The notes: a model not told the origin generated them from the sequence alone. DNA of 64,000 nt from Amoeboaphelidium protococcarum X5 (GCA_023515725.1 JALDTO010000213.1:504280-568279), one strand, 5' to 3'. Shown: positions 42,447 to 56,225, counted from the stretch's first letter. Program-made: numbers and translations.

Positions 42447-44018
42447 ATGGATATCGAAGACTCGTAGTAGAATAATATTGTAGGTGGTAAGCGTCCCAAT
42501 TTCTTTGGATATGTGCCTCTTGATCAGCAAGAGTCCTCAGAGGTGCTCAATAATGCTGATGCTAAACTGAACACTAATACGAAGTTTAACGTATCTAGAA
42601 AAGTTGTGTTTCTCCTTATAAATACTATAGTGTTGGCTGTGCTTTTATCAGTTGATATATTTGGGGAGGGGTCAAAGAATAGATGCTTTGCTGTGCTGAT
42701 TTTTGCGTCCTTGATGTGGGCCAGTGAAGCTTTGCCATTGTATGTCACGTCAATGTGTGTACCGTTTCTCCTTGTTGTGCTCAGAGTGCCTGTTAAGTAA
42801 GTGCTGGAGTCAGATCAGTAAGGATGGATAACTGTGGCCATGACTGCTAATGAAGCTGCGAAATTCGTATTTAGCAAGATGTGGGCCCCGGTGATTATGC
42901 TCTTGCTCGGAGGTTTTACTATTGCGTCTGCCATGTCCAAGTATGGTCTGGCCAAGCGCTTGGCTGTATTTATTCTGAGTAGAGCTGGCACAAAGAGCTG
43001 GGCCGTATTGCTGGCCATTATGTTTGTCTCCTGGTTCATGAGCATGTGGATTTCCAACGTGGCTGCTCCAGTTTTGTGTTTCTCCATTATGGAGCCTGTG
43101 CTGAAGTCTCTGGATTCTGGTAATACCTTTGCCATCAGCCTGGTGATGGGTATAGCCCTCAGTGCCAATATCGGAGGATTGACAACGCCTATTAGTAGTC
43201 CGCAGAATGCTATCGCTCTCTACTACATGGATCCTCCCGTGTCTTGGTTTAAATGGCTCTGTGTGTCCATTCCAATATCGTTATTGTCTCTGTTCACGTG
43301 CTGGTCCATGTTGCTATTGACATATCAGCCTCATAAGTCCACACCATTGGTTGAGCCGATCAATTCTGCGATGGAGCCACTTACGAAGAAGCATTACTTT
43401 ATACTTGGTGTTTCTTTGAGTACTATTGCCCTGTGGTGTCTGGAAAGTACTTTGAATGCGTATATTGGAAACAGTGGTGTGATTGCAATCATTCCTATGG
43501 TGCTCTTTTTCGGCTCTGGAATTTTGAATTAGCACGATTTCAATACATTTCTGTGGTCTGTCATTATGCTGGCCATGGGTGGCATGTCTCTGGGAAGTGT
43601 GGTGGAGAACACCAGCCTGCTCAAGGTTATTGGCACGTCCATCTCTGAGACCATGGTTGATCACGACTTGCTTGTGGTATTGATTGCCTTTTCAGCGTTC
43701 GTGCTTGTGGTGGCCACATTCATCTCACATACGGTGAGTGCTCTGATTCTTCTGCCTCTTGTGTAGGCAGTTGGTAAGACTCTACCTGGTGATCATGCTA
43801 ATCTACTGGTCTTTGGCTGTGCTATTATGTGCAGCGGTGCCATGGGATTGCCCATCTCTGGTTTCCCTAACATCACCGCCATATCGATTGAGAGTGTCGG
43901 TGGCCGGCCGTTCGTAAAGACTAAAGACTTCCTCAAGGTTGGTATCCCTATAAGTGTGATTGTTCTCCTCATAACTGTCACTGTTGGCTATGGCATCATG
44001 CTTGGGCTTGGTCTTTGA
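42447..44018 (+). CDS. Pho87/Pho90/Pho91-like (SLC13/DASS) phosphate transporter without an SPX domain
   Basis: WASEALPLYVTS, MLLLGGFTIA, SMWISNVAAP, ANIGGLTTPISSPQN, TFISHTV, MGLPISGFPN. Alternative in-frame ATG at 42438. Confidence 0.9.
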
Positions 44019-44189
44019 GATTAGTTGGTTGGAGTCTCTTATTATTATTTATAGTTGTTATTGTTGTTACTACTTTCGCCGTAAAGTGGTGATTGTTAAA
44101 ATGAGATTGAGCCAGTGTTTGCCAGAGAATAGATGTGTCGTGTCCCTATTAAAATTTCTTTTTTACAATATTTTTATTCATCAGGATTA

Positions 44190-45950
44190 GGTTCATTTAT
44201 TAAATTGGATCCAAACCGATAATTTGGTAATTTATACAGCCAGTTCATTGTGCACTAAAGCATATCGTCTTCTTCATCAAAATTCAGCCTAGCGGTGACT
44301 TTTAGGAAGTGGGCCTTGAAATCAAACGGATTCCATTGCTCATTTGCGTAATCTCCTATTAGTGGTCTTCAGACTAAACATATACTTCAGAGCAGAGTGA
44401 TCTGTACGTAACTCAAACCATCGAGATAGACATGTAGCGACTATAGAGCCCAATAAAAGCAATTAACCTAGTTTTAGTTGTATGCATTAAGATGCATAGC
44501 AATCGTCTACTCGAGAGAGAGAGGGGAAGGATTATTATCCTAGCATTTCTACTCCTGATATTAATTGACTATAGTAGATTCTTCACAGTATTTGATATGG
44601 ACCTCTGAAGCTTATATTTCAGCTCACCAGAGAAATCCCCGGTGGCTAAACGGCAATGGAAATCCGCTTTATCATCTTTTGGGAAACTCAGGGAACCAAT
44701 ATGAGGGACTTCCGGTAACATTAGCAGTATATGCAGACATTAGTCTCTGTCAGATTTATGATCAAACATCCACATGGAGCTGCTGCGCCTCATGCCGCAA
44801 TATTCCCACGCTAAGGTTAGAAGTGAAACGGACTCAGATAAGGTCAAGCATGAGAATCTTTTCATGATAAGAAATATAGTAACTTACATCATCCACTTTT
44901 CTTATCATTTCTTAACAGTCTCAAAAGCTCGTCAGATTAAGGTGATTGTAACGCTACCTTCAACTCATTTGTGCACATATTAGCATCAGCAGGGTGCTAA
45001 TTTAGATACACTTTAATTTGATGAAAACCTTTTTGCAACAGTATATTACCCAGACAGAACAATAAGACCACAAGACAGAAGCATCACAGTGGAGGAAGTG
45101 CAGCGATGCGTTTCAGTAGGATCATCAAATTCGAGGACAAATGATTAGTGGCGGCAATTTCATAATCCTGCCAGACCTCCTAATAAAGACATTAAAAATC
45201 TCCTCCCCTTCCGAATTATATCTTCTCAGCCACCCCGACAATTTCTTCATGAATATTTACAAATCTCGACGAGATTGGAGATCTATTAAGGCGTCGAAAA
45301 CCTTGCACAAACTCCTTGAAGAAACAGCTTAATACATGGATATCCAACTAAGGACATTACTTCTCAACGGCCCGCTACGTTTAACCGTGCAAAAAGTCCA
45401 TCACGTGATGATATATCATGGTGCTTCCAAAAAAATCTTAGGTAGTGATTATCTAATATCGTCTACTTCAGCAAATTCAGCTCTTTATCCGTGCCTGCAA
45501 ATATACTGTCCAAATTATCTTTAGCGGTGATAGTAAGGTATAAGGTATGAACTTTCAGCCACAACTTTGGTACATTAAAAGCGCAATTTCATGGTCATGC
45601 TGTGAGCTATACAACTTCTAATTGGATGTTGTCCATAATTCCGGCTCCTGAAATGAAAAACTTGCGGTCCTTGTTTTAAACAAGAACCTAGTTCAGCAAT
45701 AGACACCCAGTAGTCACCAGGCTTCAAAGGCACCTTCAATCACGAAACGCTCTCTCAGTCTCCAATTATGACAAGGCTCAACAAGGATAGACTAAGCATA
45801 TCATACGCAATTCAACAGATTAACTTCCAGAGCTCATCAAAATGTACTTGCATAGCCATGCTGCAAAAGTTAACGAGCAGCATCGCCTTAATCAGACTTT
45901 CACCGAATATAATTTCTACTAGAATCGAAAGGGAAAGAAGAGATTTTACA
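44190..45950 (-). pseudogene. Probable decayed protein-coding gene of unknown family
   Basis: Protein-like segments interrupted by TGA and frame changes, including a 7-nt tandem duplication near 45533-45548. Confidence 0.3.
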
Positions 45951-46159
45951 TGCGAGCACGTTTAAAAAGGATCGCGCCTGACTGTGGCTTTGGCATTTTT
46001 TGATTCATTCATTCACTCACTCACTAAAACGCGTCGAGAGTTAAACGAAAAAGGCGTGCGACGTTCTTTCTTTCTTCAGTTCTTGTTTCCAATTCACACT
46101 CATTAACTGTACTCACTCTCACTTAATTAATTATTTATAACGCATTTCTCCTTATTATA

Positions 46160-48742
46160 ATGATTGTGCGTCCAGTTTCTACCACTTTGCTGTATGGATA
46201 CAGAACGACGTTATATTAGAAGTAATTATCATCAAGATGGTAGTAGCAGAGGAGGACTTTTATAACACCGCGGAACTTTCTGGCCCTGTCCAAGTTTGCC
46301 TCTCGCTCTATACTGGGTGCTGCAGGTGCAACTGTTGCCACCGTGTCCTATTACAGTGATAAGCTGTCCACTTGGGGTAATGATAGACTTCAGTCTCTGG
46401 GTGATTATATCAAAGGTATTCAGATACCTCAGAGTGGAATGTTTAAAGATTTGGATTTGAGCGGTTTATTTCCATAATCGCGCTCAGACAGGAGTATCGG
46501 TGGTGAATAGGCGCAATAAGCCTCCCTAAAGACTGGTAATCATATTTTGTATGCACTTTCTGATTCGTATTTAGATGATAATACTAATAATAGTGTATAA
46601 TTTTCTTCAGATGAGTCTTCTAGTGCTGGGAACCGCGACAGAGGAGATGATGAAGATTAGAGGATTGGAATAGCATAACAAGGGGGATTTCTAATGCTGA
46701 CCAGGCGATTGTTAGAGGTAAAGAATATATTGGTCTCTGTGGATCATGTTGATAGATTTCAATTGCCGTCTATAGTAGTTATTGGCTCATAGAGTTCTGG
46801 TAAGAGTTCGCTGCTTGAGGCGATTGTTGGCAATGAGTTCCTTCCCAAAGGTGTCAATATGGTGACTCGCCGTCCTATTGAGATCACTCTAATCAATACT
46901 TCACCGTCTCCTTCTATCTCTAATGGTAGTGATAATTCGACCAATCTTAAATCGAATTCTAACGGTGGAGGGGAAGAATATGCCGAATTTCCACGATAAG
47001 GTCTGAAGCGTATTACTGACTTCAAGAGAGTGCAGAGTATAATCGCTGATCTTAATATGTCAGTTCCGGAGTAGGATTGTGTATCTGATGATCCAATTGA
47101 TCTGCGCATATACTCCCCAAATGTGCCTGATCTTACACTGATAGATTTGCCTGGGTATATCGCTGTGAATAACAGGAATCAGCCTGATGAATTAAAGTAG
47201 AAAATCGTAGATTTGTGTAGAAAGTACTTGAAGGAGCCCAACATTATCCTCGCCGTGTCAGCCAGTGATGTAGACTTGGCCAATAGTGAAGCGTTGAATG
47301 AGAGTCGTAAAGTGGATCCAGATGGTGAAAGGACTATAGGTGTTCTGACTAAAATAGATCTTATTGAGCCGCAGAAATTGGTGAATCTTATCCAGAATCA
47401 AGATTATCTTTTGAATTTAGGCTATTATGGCGTAATGTGCAAGAAGATTCATTCTTCGGTGGAGTCATAGTGGTTGAAATCTAATCGCTCATAGTTGAAT
47501 AAGGTGACCTCTCAGGTGGGAATTGAATTACTGAGGAGAAAGCTGATCGGCACGCTGGAGCAGAGTATGGCCAAGTCACTCGGCAGTGTAATGAGTAATG
47601 TTGGTCATGAATTGGAGGAGGCTTCTTATAATTTCAAGGTGTAGTATGATGATAGATAGTTATCTCCTGAGGCGTATACTACTGAGGTGATTGATAAATT
47701 TAAGTCGTCATTCCGGAAGATTATGAATGATTATGGTCGATCTCAAATACGGCTAGAAATCATGCAAGTATTGGATTAGAAATTGGTCGATATACTGCAG
47801 TAGTAGTATTATCAAGACGCTTAAGGATTATCTGGTGGAAAATATGATGGTGATAATGACCGTAGCTTATACAATAAGCATAGTTTGGATAGAGCGCACA
47901 GCAATCTGAGTAAGAGCAAGATTGGCAAAGATTCTACTCAGTGTGTTGTAGATAAGATTTTGACTTAACTGGACTCTGTCATTGCCACAGAGCCTTTTAT
48001 CTATCATTAGGATGCTGTTAATGATATAAAGGATATGATCTAGAATGTGATCAAGAGTAAATTCCATACCTCGGTGGAGCAGGTGGAGAACACTATTAAG
48101 CCGTACAAGTATGAGACTGACTACACAGAATCTGAGTGGGATGAAGGTTTGAGGCGATCTATCGCGGCTTTGGAACTGAAATTGTAGTCTGTCAGAGCTG
48201 ATTTGATAAAAATTAAGAATGCCGTTGGTGGTAGAGTTTTGAAATCGGCCATGTAGCAGGTGACGTCTGATGGCACCGATAATGGTAAAGAGTCTCCGTC
48301 AACTGGCAAACCATCTTCAATATCCCCAAAATTGAGACAAATAGCAATGGAAGCTCTATCATTGTAAAAGTAGATTAATCAAGTTGAGGGTAGATTGTAT
48401 CAACTCCGCTCTGGATGGTTTGTTCCATCTCAATGTGCTGGGTTTAGTGCAGTTAAAGATTCGCATCTAAAGATACAATGTCCCGAGCCGTATTTGTTCA
48501 TGATCGCTGATAAGATGGCTCAGACTGCTACAATGTTCATCTGGGTGGAGTTGTTGAATGAGCTTCTCTATCAAGTGCCTCGTGAGATTGACTCCAAATT
48601 ATATTACTCCAAGAGTCGCGATGAGATTCAAGAGTTTGCTAATGAGAATCCTCAAGTCAGGAAGCACTTGATGCTCTAACGCAAGAAGGAGCTGCTCCAA
48701 ACGGCTATGGACAAGTTGATATAGATAAATCAGTCAAGATGA
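46160..48742 (+). CDS. MGM1: Mitochondrial dynamin-like fusion GTPase Mgm1
   Basis: Presequence, [16 protein letters not shown] (Q is TAG), [39 protein letters not shown]. Confidence 0.93.
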
Positions 48743-48964
48743 AAATGCCGAGAGTTTTAAAGCCGATGGGAATATATATATAGAATAGTCATGCCTATAT
48801 CTTCTAGATTTTTTAAACACTGTTTAGACTATATGTTTTACACTCAGATATGAAATCAAAGATCGTTATTAGCATTGTGCTATCAGCCTTATATACAAAT
48901 GTGAGATATTCAGCTCTAGATCCGGCAATACATTATCAAGATACATTGAGGGGTGCTGTGCTAC

Positions 48965-49086
48965 GTCGCCAAGACCCCAATCCACTGAGGTCGAATCTCG
49001 CAGGACCAATCCGCGTACCGCCAAGATGGTCACAAACGAGTGATTGGCTATCGGGCAATTTAAGATCACTCAGACAATCTTGGCCT
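48965..49086 (+). promoter_or_regulatory. Conserved upstream module of VWD gene A (CCAAT boxes and GCCAAG sites)
   Basis: CCAATC at 48977 and 49006, GATTGG at 49042; matches the region upstream of gene B. Confidence 0.55.
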
Positions 49087-49196
49087 TGTACTTTTTACAA
49101 CTGATTTTCTCTTCCTCTCTCCACAAATAATTTATAATAATTTTCTCTGTCTTATTGTCTGTCTGTCTTTATAGATCCATCTGGATAACAACAATA

Positions 49197-51224
49197 ATGC
49201 TTTTCGCGTCCTTAATCTGTATCGCTTCCGTTTTGGTCAATGCCTAAAAGGTCAAATTTGGCGATGAGCAGACGAAATTTGACGGTACTATTGGTGGTCT
49301 TGGTCAGATCATCCCTGTGTCTCTGGACAAGGCTCCTGATACTGACAACTTTGAGGTGCAGTTTGGTAGTGAAGATGTTACTATAGCTCAGTGTAAGCTG
49401 GTGTTCACGCGTTAAAATTGGAATAAGCCGCAGAATCTGCACATTTCTGCTCCCGAGAAGATGGCTGCGTAGGGCACACTGGTCTATACTACTCCCTGCG
49501 GCAAGCCTCAAAATGTTTCGCTGAAGGTTGTTAATGGTAAAAATGATGCAGCTACTTGTAGTGTCACTGGTGATCCTCACGTACTATCTTTCGATGGTGC
49601 AAAGTATGTCTTCACCATTCCGAAAAATCTGCTGGATACTCCTAGCGACACTGTGTACTACATGAGAAGTCCGTATCTTACTGTGTAAGGTCAACAGGGC
49701 GACTGTGGTATGGCTGCTACTTGTACCAAGTCTTTGGGTATTCGGTTTTTGGACTAGTTCATCCTGGTCACCACCTCTTACTCTCAAGGGAAGGCTACGA
49801 CTACTTACACCCCCTATGGCAACAAGGACAGAATTACAGCTACTGTCAAGGATAATCAGCTGCTGTTCAACATCAATGGTGTGGCTATGATTTCTGTCAA
49901 GTGGGGTGCCATTAACAACATTGCTTATCTGAACAATTTCATTACGTTGAATTCTGCTTTTGAAAAGACCATTTCTGGTATGTGTGGTAACTTCAACAAG
50001 GATGGTAAGGATTGTATGTCTATTGAGCAGTGTGGCGCGTTGGTTCCTCCAGCTGAGAGAATCACCAACTGTGCTGCTGGTCGTTGTCCATAGGCCATTG
50101 TCCTGCAGAAGTGTAAACTACCAACTCAGTCTGCATCTTGCGCTGTTACCACCACCACCACTAAGGTACCGACTACTACCACTGTTCCTGTCAGTGCTGC
50201 TACCGTTGAGTCCACAACTACCACTACCCAAAAGGCTACTACCACCACGTCTCTGATTGTGAAGACCAGCACTACCACTGTACCGGTCAGTGCTGCTACT
50301 GTAGAATCCACCTCCACCACCGCACCTTTGGTGTCGACTCAGAAGACTTCCACTTCCGTTATTGGCACTGTTGTAACTACTACATCTGGTGCTGTAAATC
50401 CTCCGGCTTACCAATCCTCTCCTGTCGTAAGTGGCACAGCCGTCGTAAGCTCATCCCCTGCAGTGGGATCAACTTCTACCGTAGTCAATCCGCCAGCTTA
50501 CAAGTCTTCTCCTGTCGTAAGTGGCACAGCTATAGTCAGTTCATCTCCTGCAGTGAGATCAACTTCTACTGTGGTCAATCCACCAGCTTACTTATCCTCA
50601 CCTCCTGCTGGCGGTAATACCCCTGCTTACTAGACTCCGTCTGCATCAAAGACTTAAGTCGTATCATCTACTCTCGTTGTTAGCAGCGTATCTACCGTTG
50701 TAGGAATCAGTACTGAGACTCCAACCCATAGCGTGCCACCAAGTGCTCCAACTCCTATACCTCCGCCACCTCCTATGCCTGTCCCAACCCCAAATTTGGA
50801 TAATGCACCATGTCAAGCTCTGTTGGACGTCAAGGTATCTTGTAAGCTTGATGTCAAAATCTTCTTTGAATGGTGTTTGGATGCCACAAATCCTCTCTAG
50901 GCCTCTATGTATGTCAAAGCTTATGGCGAAAGTATGCACAGTATCTGTGAGACTCAAAAGGCTGTGACCGTAGTGCCTGTGGATGAGGTCCGCAATTATG
51001 CTACTTGTGAGTAGAAGATCATTGAGAATCCAAAAGCAGTCGAGGTGGCAAAGGATGCTGGTATCAACTACGGCAACTTCACCCCTATCAAGGATGTGAA
51101 GAAGTGTATCGCTGATATTAATCTGTCAGATATCTAGGATGCTATAATGGGTAGTGGCGCGTCTAACGTGGCAATCAGCGCGTTGTTCGCTGCCATCCCT
51201 GCTTTAATGCTGATGATGTTGTGA
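49197..51224 (+). CDS. GPI-anchored VWD-domain mucin-like surface protein A
   Basis: Signal peptide; LVFTRQNWNKPQ Ig/Calx-like motif; VWD motifs CSVTGDPHVLSFDG and GMCGNFN; Thr/Ser/Pro stalk; Cys domain; hydrophobic tail. Confidence 0.85.
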
Positions 51225-52132
51225 TGAAATATGATGATAAATTATAAAATGAAGCCTCAAGAATATATAAATTTAATGCATGCAGTTCTTTTAAGTTTTG
51301 ATTTGCCAGTGCGGTGATATTAAGAAGAACTACCATGTGAGCTTTTTAATGAATGGTGGGTACTTGATTAAAAAGATATTACAGAATGGTATCTTAACTG
51401 AAGTGTTTAAGAACTTAACTGTGTCTCAATTGCACTCTATACATTGTCAATACCTATTTTTCTATGAAACATAACATGCTTGTTCAGCGAATTTTCACTC
51501 TAAATAACTCTGCTATTTTTTTATATGTGCTCGTCTATAACGTGGTGTCAGCTCTTCTAAGATGCTCATGCCACTCTTTCAAAGTCATTGCGCAGAATTG
51601 TTCATCAATCGAACTGGAAATTCGCGTTTAATTGCTCTTCAAGCACAGTCCTTGCTAAGTGAAACGCGCTGCTGTTAGTGGAGATCATGCTGAACAATAA
51701 GGGACCATTTAGAAGCCCATCTTTATACTGAAAGAATTTTTCGTGAAAGAACTGAAATACTTGGGTGAAGTAAAGAGGTTCTGAAAACTGTGTCTTCCAT
51801 CTAGAACTGCATGCCAACTAAGATTGTGTGCTGGTAGTACTACGAAGCTCTCAACTTCTATTCTCATACACAGCTTATAAACGCGTTCGAATATAAGTGT
51901 CGAATAAGATAGTAGTAATATCAAACAGATAAATGAAATAAGTTAATAAGAACATTAATCAATCAAAAATCAACATAGCATTGGTCCGCGCCATCTTTAA
52001 ACGCTTGTTTTGGAGCGTGTCGCAGCTTTACTTTCATCGTTACCAAATTCATATCTACCACAGGCGGAGGTGATTGAGCTGTACTATCGTTAACATTTAC
52101 TATGATTTTTAGTTGCAATATATTGTTACACT

Positions 52133-52272
52133 GGGATTGGTATGCAACTTTGCCAAGATCCAATCAATTGAAATCGGATCTCACTTTAACCAATCCGCGT
52201 ATTGCCAAGATGGCCACAAACGGGGGATTGGCTATCGAGCAATATAATCCACTCTGCAAAACGATCTTGGCC
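52133..52272 (+). promoter_or_regulatory. Conserved upstream module of VWD gene B
   Basis: CCAATC at 52160 and 52190, GATTGG at 52226; GCCAAG at 52152 and 52204; CTTGGC near 52266. Confidence 0.55.
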
Positions 52273-52384
52273 AACTACTTATTTAATGTTTATTTTTACT
52301 CACCCTCCTGCTTCTTCTTCTCAAATAATTTCTCTCTATCAAATTCTCTGACTTTATAGATCCACTTAGTAAATAGCTATAACA

Positions 52385-54409
52385 ATGCTTCTCGCGTCCT
52401 TAATCTGCATTGCCTCCGTCTTGGTCAATGCTTAGCAGGTGAAATTTGGTGATCAGTTTACTTAATTTGATGGCACCATGAGCAGTCTAGGTCAGACTGT
52501 GCCTGTGTCTCTGGACAAGGCTCCTGATACTGATGACTTTGAGGTGGTCTTTGGTAGTAATGAGATCACCATTGCACAATGCAAGCTGGTGTTCACGCGT
52601 CAGAATTGGAACAAGCCTCAGAATCTGCAAATCTCTGCTCCTGGAAAAATGGTCTAGAATGCCAAGCTGGTGTACACCACTCCCTGCAGTAAGCCTTAGG
52701 AGGTAGCCTTGAAGGTTGTAAACGGTATTGATCGCGCAGCTTCTTGTAGTGTCACTGGTGATCCTCACGTCCTGACGTTTGATGGTGTCAACTACAGTTT
52801 CACAATCCCGAAAAATTTGCTGGATACTCCTGCTGACGCGGTTTACTACGTCAAAAGTCCATATTTGACTGTACAAGGTCAATAAGGTGATTGTGGCATG
52901 GCTCTTACCTGTACTAAATCGCTGGGTATCCGTTTTCTGGATTAGTTCATCCTTGTTACCACGTTTTTCTCTGGTGGAAAGGTTACGACTACCTATACTC
53001 CGTACGGTAATAAGGACAGAATCACTGCTACTGTTTAGGATAATCAACTGCTGTTTAACATCAACGGTGTGGCAATGATTTCTGTCTAGTGGGGTGCGGT
53101 TAACAACATTGCCTACCTGAATAACTTTATCACGCTGAACTCTGCGTTTGAAAAGTCTGTCTCTGGTATGTGTGGTAATTATAACAAGGACCGCATGGAT
53201 TGTCAGTCTGTCGATCAATGTAGCGCGGTGGTTCCCCCATCTGAGAGAATTATGAACTGTGCTGCCGGTCGTTGTCCTCAGGCTTAGACGCTGGAACAGT
53301 GCCAAGTGCCATCTCAGCCTGCATCCTGCGCTTTTACCTCCACCACTACTACTACCACCAAGGGGACAACTACTACTACCACCACCACCACCAAGGTACC
53401 GACTACTACCACTGTTCCTGTCAGTGCTGCTACTATTGAGTCCACCACTACTACCAGTAAGCTTACTACCACCACGTCTCTGATTGTGAAGACCAGCACT
53501 ACCACCGTTCCTGTCAGTGCTGCTACTGTTAAATCGACATCCACCACTACCACTACCAAAATTAATGGTTCACTGGGATCTACTACTACTACCGCACCTT
53601 TGGTGTCGACTCAGAAGACTTCCACTTCCGTCATTGGCACTTCTGTAACTACTACATCTGGTGCTGTAAATCCTCCGGCTTACCAATCCTCTCCTGTCGT
53701 AAGTGGCACAGCCGTCGTAAGCTCATCCCCTGCAGTGGGATCAACTTCTACCGTAGTCAATCCGCCAGCTTACTAATCCTCACCTCCTGCTGGCGGTAAT
53801 ACTCCTGCTTACTAGACTCCGTCTGCATCTAAGACTTAAGTCGTATCATCTACTCTCGTTGTTAACAGCGTATCCTCAGTTGGGTCAGGCGTATCTACCG
53901 TTGCAGGAGTCAGCACTGAGACTCCAACCCATAGCGTGCCACCAAGTGCTCCAACTCCAGTACCTGCGCCTCCTCCAACCTTGAACAATGCCCCATGTCA
54001 AGCTCTGTTGGACATCAAGTTGTCTTGTAAGCTGGAAGTAAAGATCTTCTTTGAATGGTGTTTGGATGCTACAAATCCTCTTCAGGCTTCTATGTATGTC
54101 AAGGCTTACAGTCAAAGTATGCACAGTATCTGTGACACTCAGAAGGCTGTTGTTGGAGTTCCTGCAGATGATGCTCGCGAGTACGCTACTTGTGAGTAGA
54201 AGGTCACTGAGAATCCGAAAGCTGTTGAGGTGGCAAAGGATGCTGGTATCAATTATGGCAATTTCACTCCTATCAAGGATGTAAAGAAGTGTATCGCTGA
54301 TATTAATCTGTCAGATATCTAGGATGCTATAATGGGTAATGGTGCGTCTACTGTGGCTATCAGCGCGTTGTTCGCTGCGATCCCTGCTCTGATGTTGATG
54401 ATGTTGTGA
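52385..54409 (+). CDS. GPI-anchored VWD-domain mucin-like surface protein B (tandem paralogue of A)
   Basis: Colinear with gene A; CSVTGDPHVLTFDG, GMCGNYN; one frame to TGA. Confidence 0.85.
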
Positions 54410-55162
54410 TGACGATGAAATGTTGATTTGTTCAAAGTTTTAAAGTGAATGTAATACAGAAATATATATATGTGAACTTAATACATTCTTTTGCTTACTT
54501 TCAAGATGAATTTATGTTGTCCATATTGTGGTATCAATCAAACGGTCAATAAATAGAAATTTACTGGAAATGAGAGCCGTTCATTGGGACAAGTAGCTAA
54601 AGACTCGGAGCCTTGAAGTTTATTGGGATATCAATGCTCAAAGTTGTTCAAAGAGTATAGTATTGTTGACAATATCAGGTTGTCTTAGGCGTGACGTTGG
54701 CCGATAATTATTTACTAAATAAATTATCATACTGAATAGCTAAAGTGTTGTTTGAGAGCAAGGGGCGTTAGTGAGACGCGTGAAATTCTCTCTTCTCGCT
54801 TGAAACAACTTTGCCGCACTCGCCTCTAATCAGCAAACAAACAAATGCAGTTTCACATGAGTCATCACACTATCATTTAGTACTGTATTATTATATATTG
54901 TTCTCTCTCTCTACGTATCTTCCAGAAGCACGCGATATCGGGTATAGAATTCCGGCAGTGGTTCTCATTGGGTGTGTATATTGAATATCCTCGAGGCCAA
55001 TCCGCAAGGTCACATTTCAACTCTGGACACTTGGGATTGGTTGATCGCCATATTAATGTTTACCGAATAAAAGGTGAAACTTGCCTATTTCCGCTCTTTT
55101 CTTTCTGAATAAATATTTCTTATCTTCTGATATTACTATTATCTGATATTCTCAAACTGAAA

Positions 55163-56137
55163 ATGCGTGTCGCTGCCCTTATCTGTGTTGCTGCTACCCT
55201 GGCTTCTGCTCAAAGAGTCCTATTTGGGGAGAAGAAGGCCAAATTTGATGGTGCTCTGCAAAGCGTCGGCCTGGTTGTCCCGGTTACTCTGAGCAAGGCT
55301 CCTGATACAGAAACTTTTGTCGTCAATGTATCCAGCGATGATCTTACCTTTGCCAACTGCTCTCTGACCTTTACTCCTCAAAACTTTGACTAGCCTTAGG
55401 AGTTGGTCATCACTAGTCCTGGTAAAGACTTTGCAAAGTCCTCCTTGAAGTATACTACTCCTTGTGCCAAGCCTAAGAATGAGGTACTGAAATTTGCTAA
55501 GCCTGGAAATAGTGGCAAGACTGCTACGTGTTCTATTGATGTAGGTAGTCCTCGCGTGACAACCTTTGATGGAGTCGCCTATTAGTTTACAATTCCTAGA
55601 AATCTGCTTGACACTCCTTCAGATACCGTCTACTACTTCAAGAGTCCGTTCTTGTAGATTTAAGGCTAGTAAGGAGATTGCGGCGTGTCTTTAACGTGCA
55701 CTAAGTCAATAAGCGTAAAATTTTTGGACTAGTTTCTTACGATTGTACCTTGGCTTAATAGTCCTTTGTCGCTGTCCAAGTTTGGTACTGATGGCCGTCT
55801 AGTCATTGAAATGACCCCTGATAGTACTGGTGCAGTAATTAAGGCCAAAGATTTTGCCGTCATCACATTGTCCAGTTCTTCGGAGAATAATGTTGCGTAT
55901 CTGACCTTCAAGATTGATCTGGCTGCTGATTTTGCTTCCACTACCTCTGGCATGTGCGGTAATTTCAATGGAGATAGCGCTGACTGTCAGAGTGTTCTTG
56001 ACTGCGGGGCCATTGTTCCTCCAAGCGAAAGAATTCTTTTTTGCTTAGCTGGCAGATGTCCTCAGACTACACCTCTGCAGCAATGCCCTTTGACGCCTCC
56101 ATCAACTGACTGCGGCAAGAAGAACAACAACAAGTGA
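55163..56137 (+). CDS. Secreted short VWD protein C (no stalk, no GPI signal)
   Basis: Signal peptide MRVAALICVAATLASA, CSIDVGSPRVTTFDG, GMCGNFNGD; ends KKNNNK TGA. Confidence 0.85.
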
Positions 56138-56225
56138 GTTATTTTATCACCACACATCCAAATTGAATGAAGACGTGATGAAAAGGAAATAAATTAAATA
56201 TCAATGCAGACTTTTACCTTTTTTT

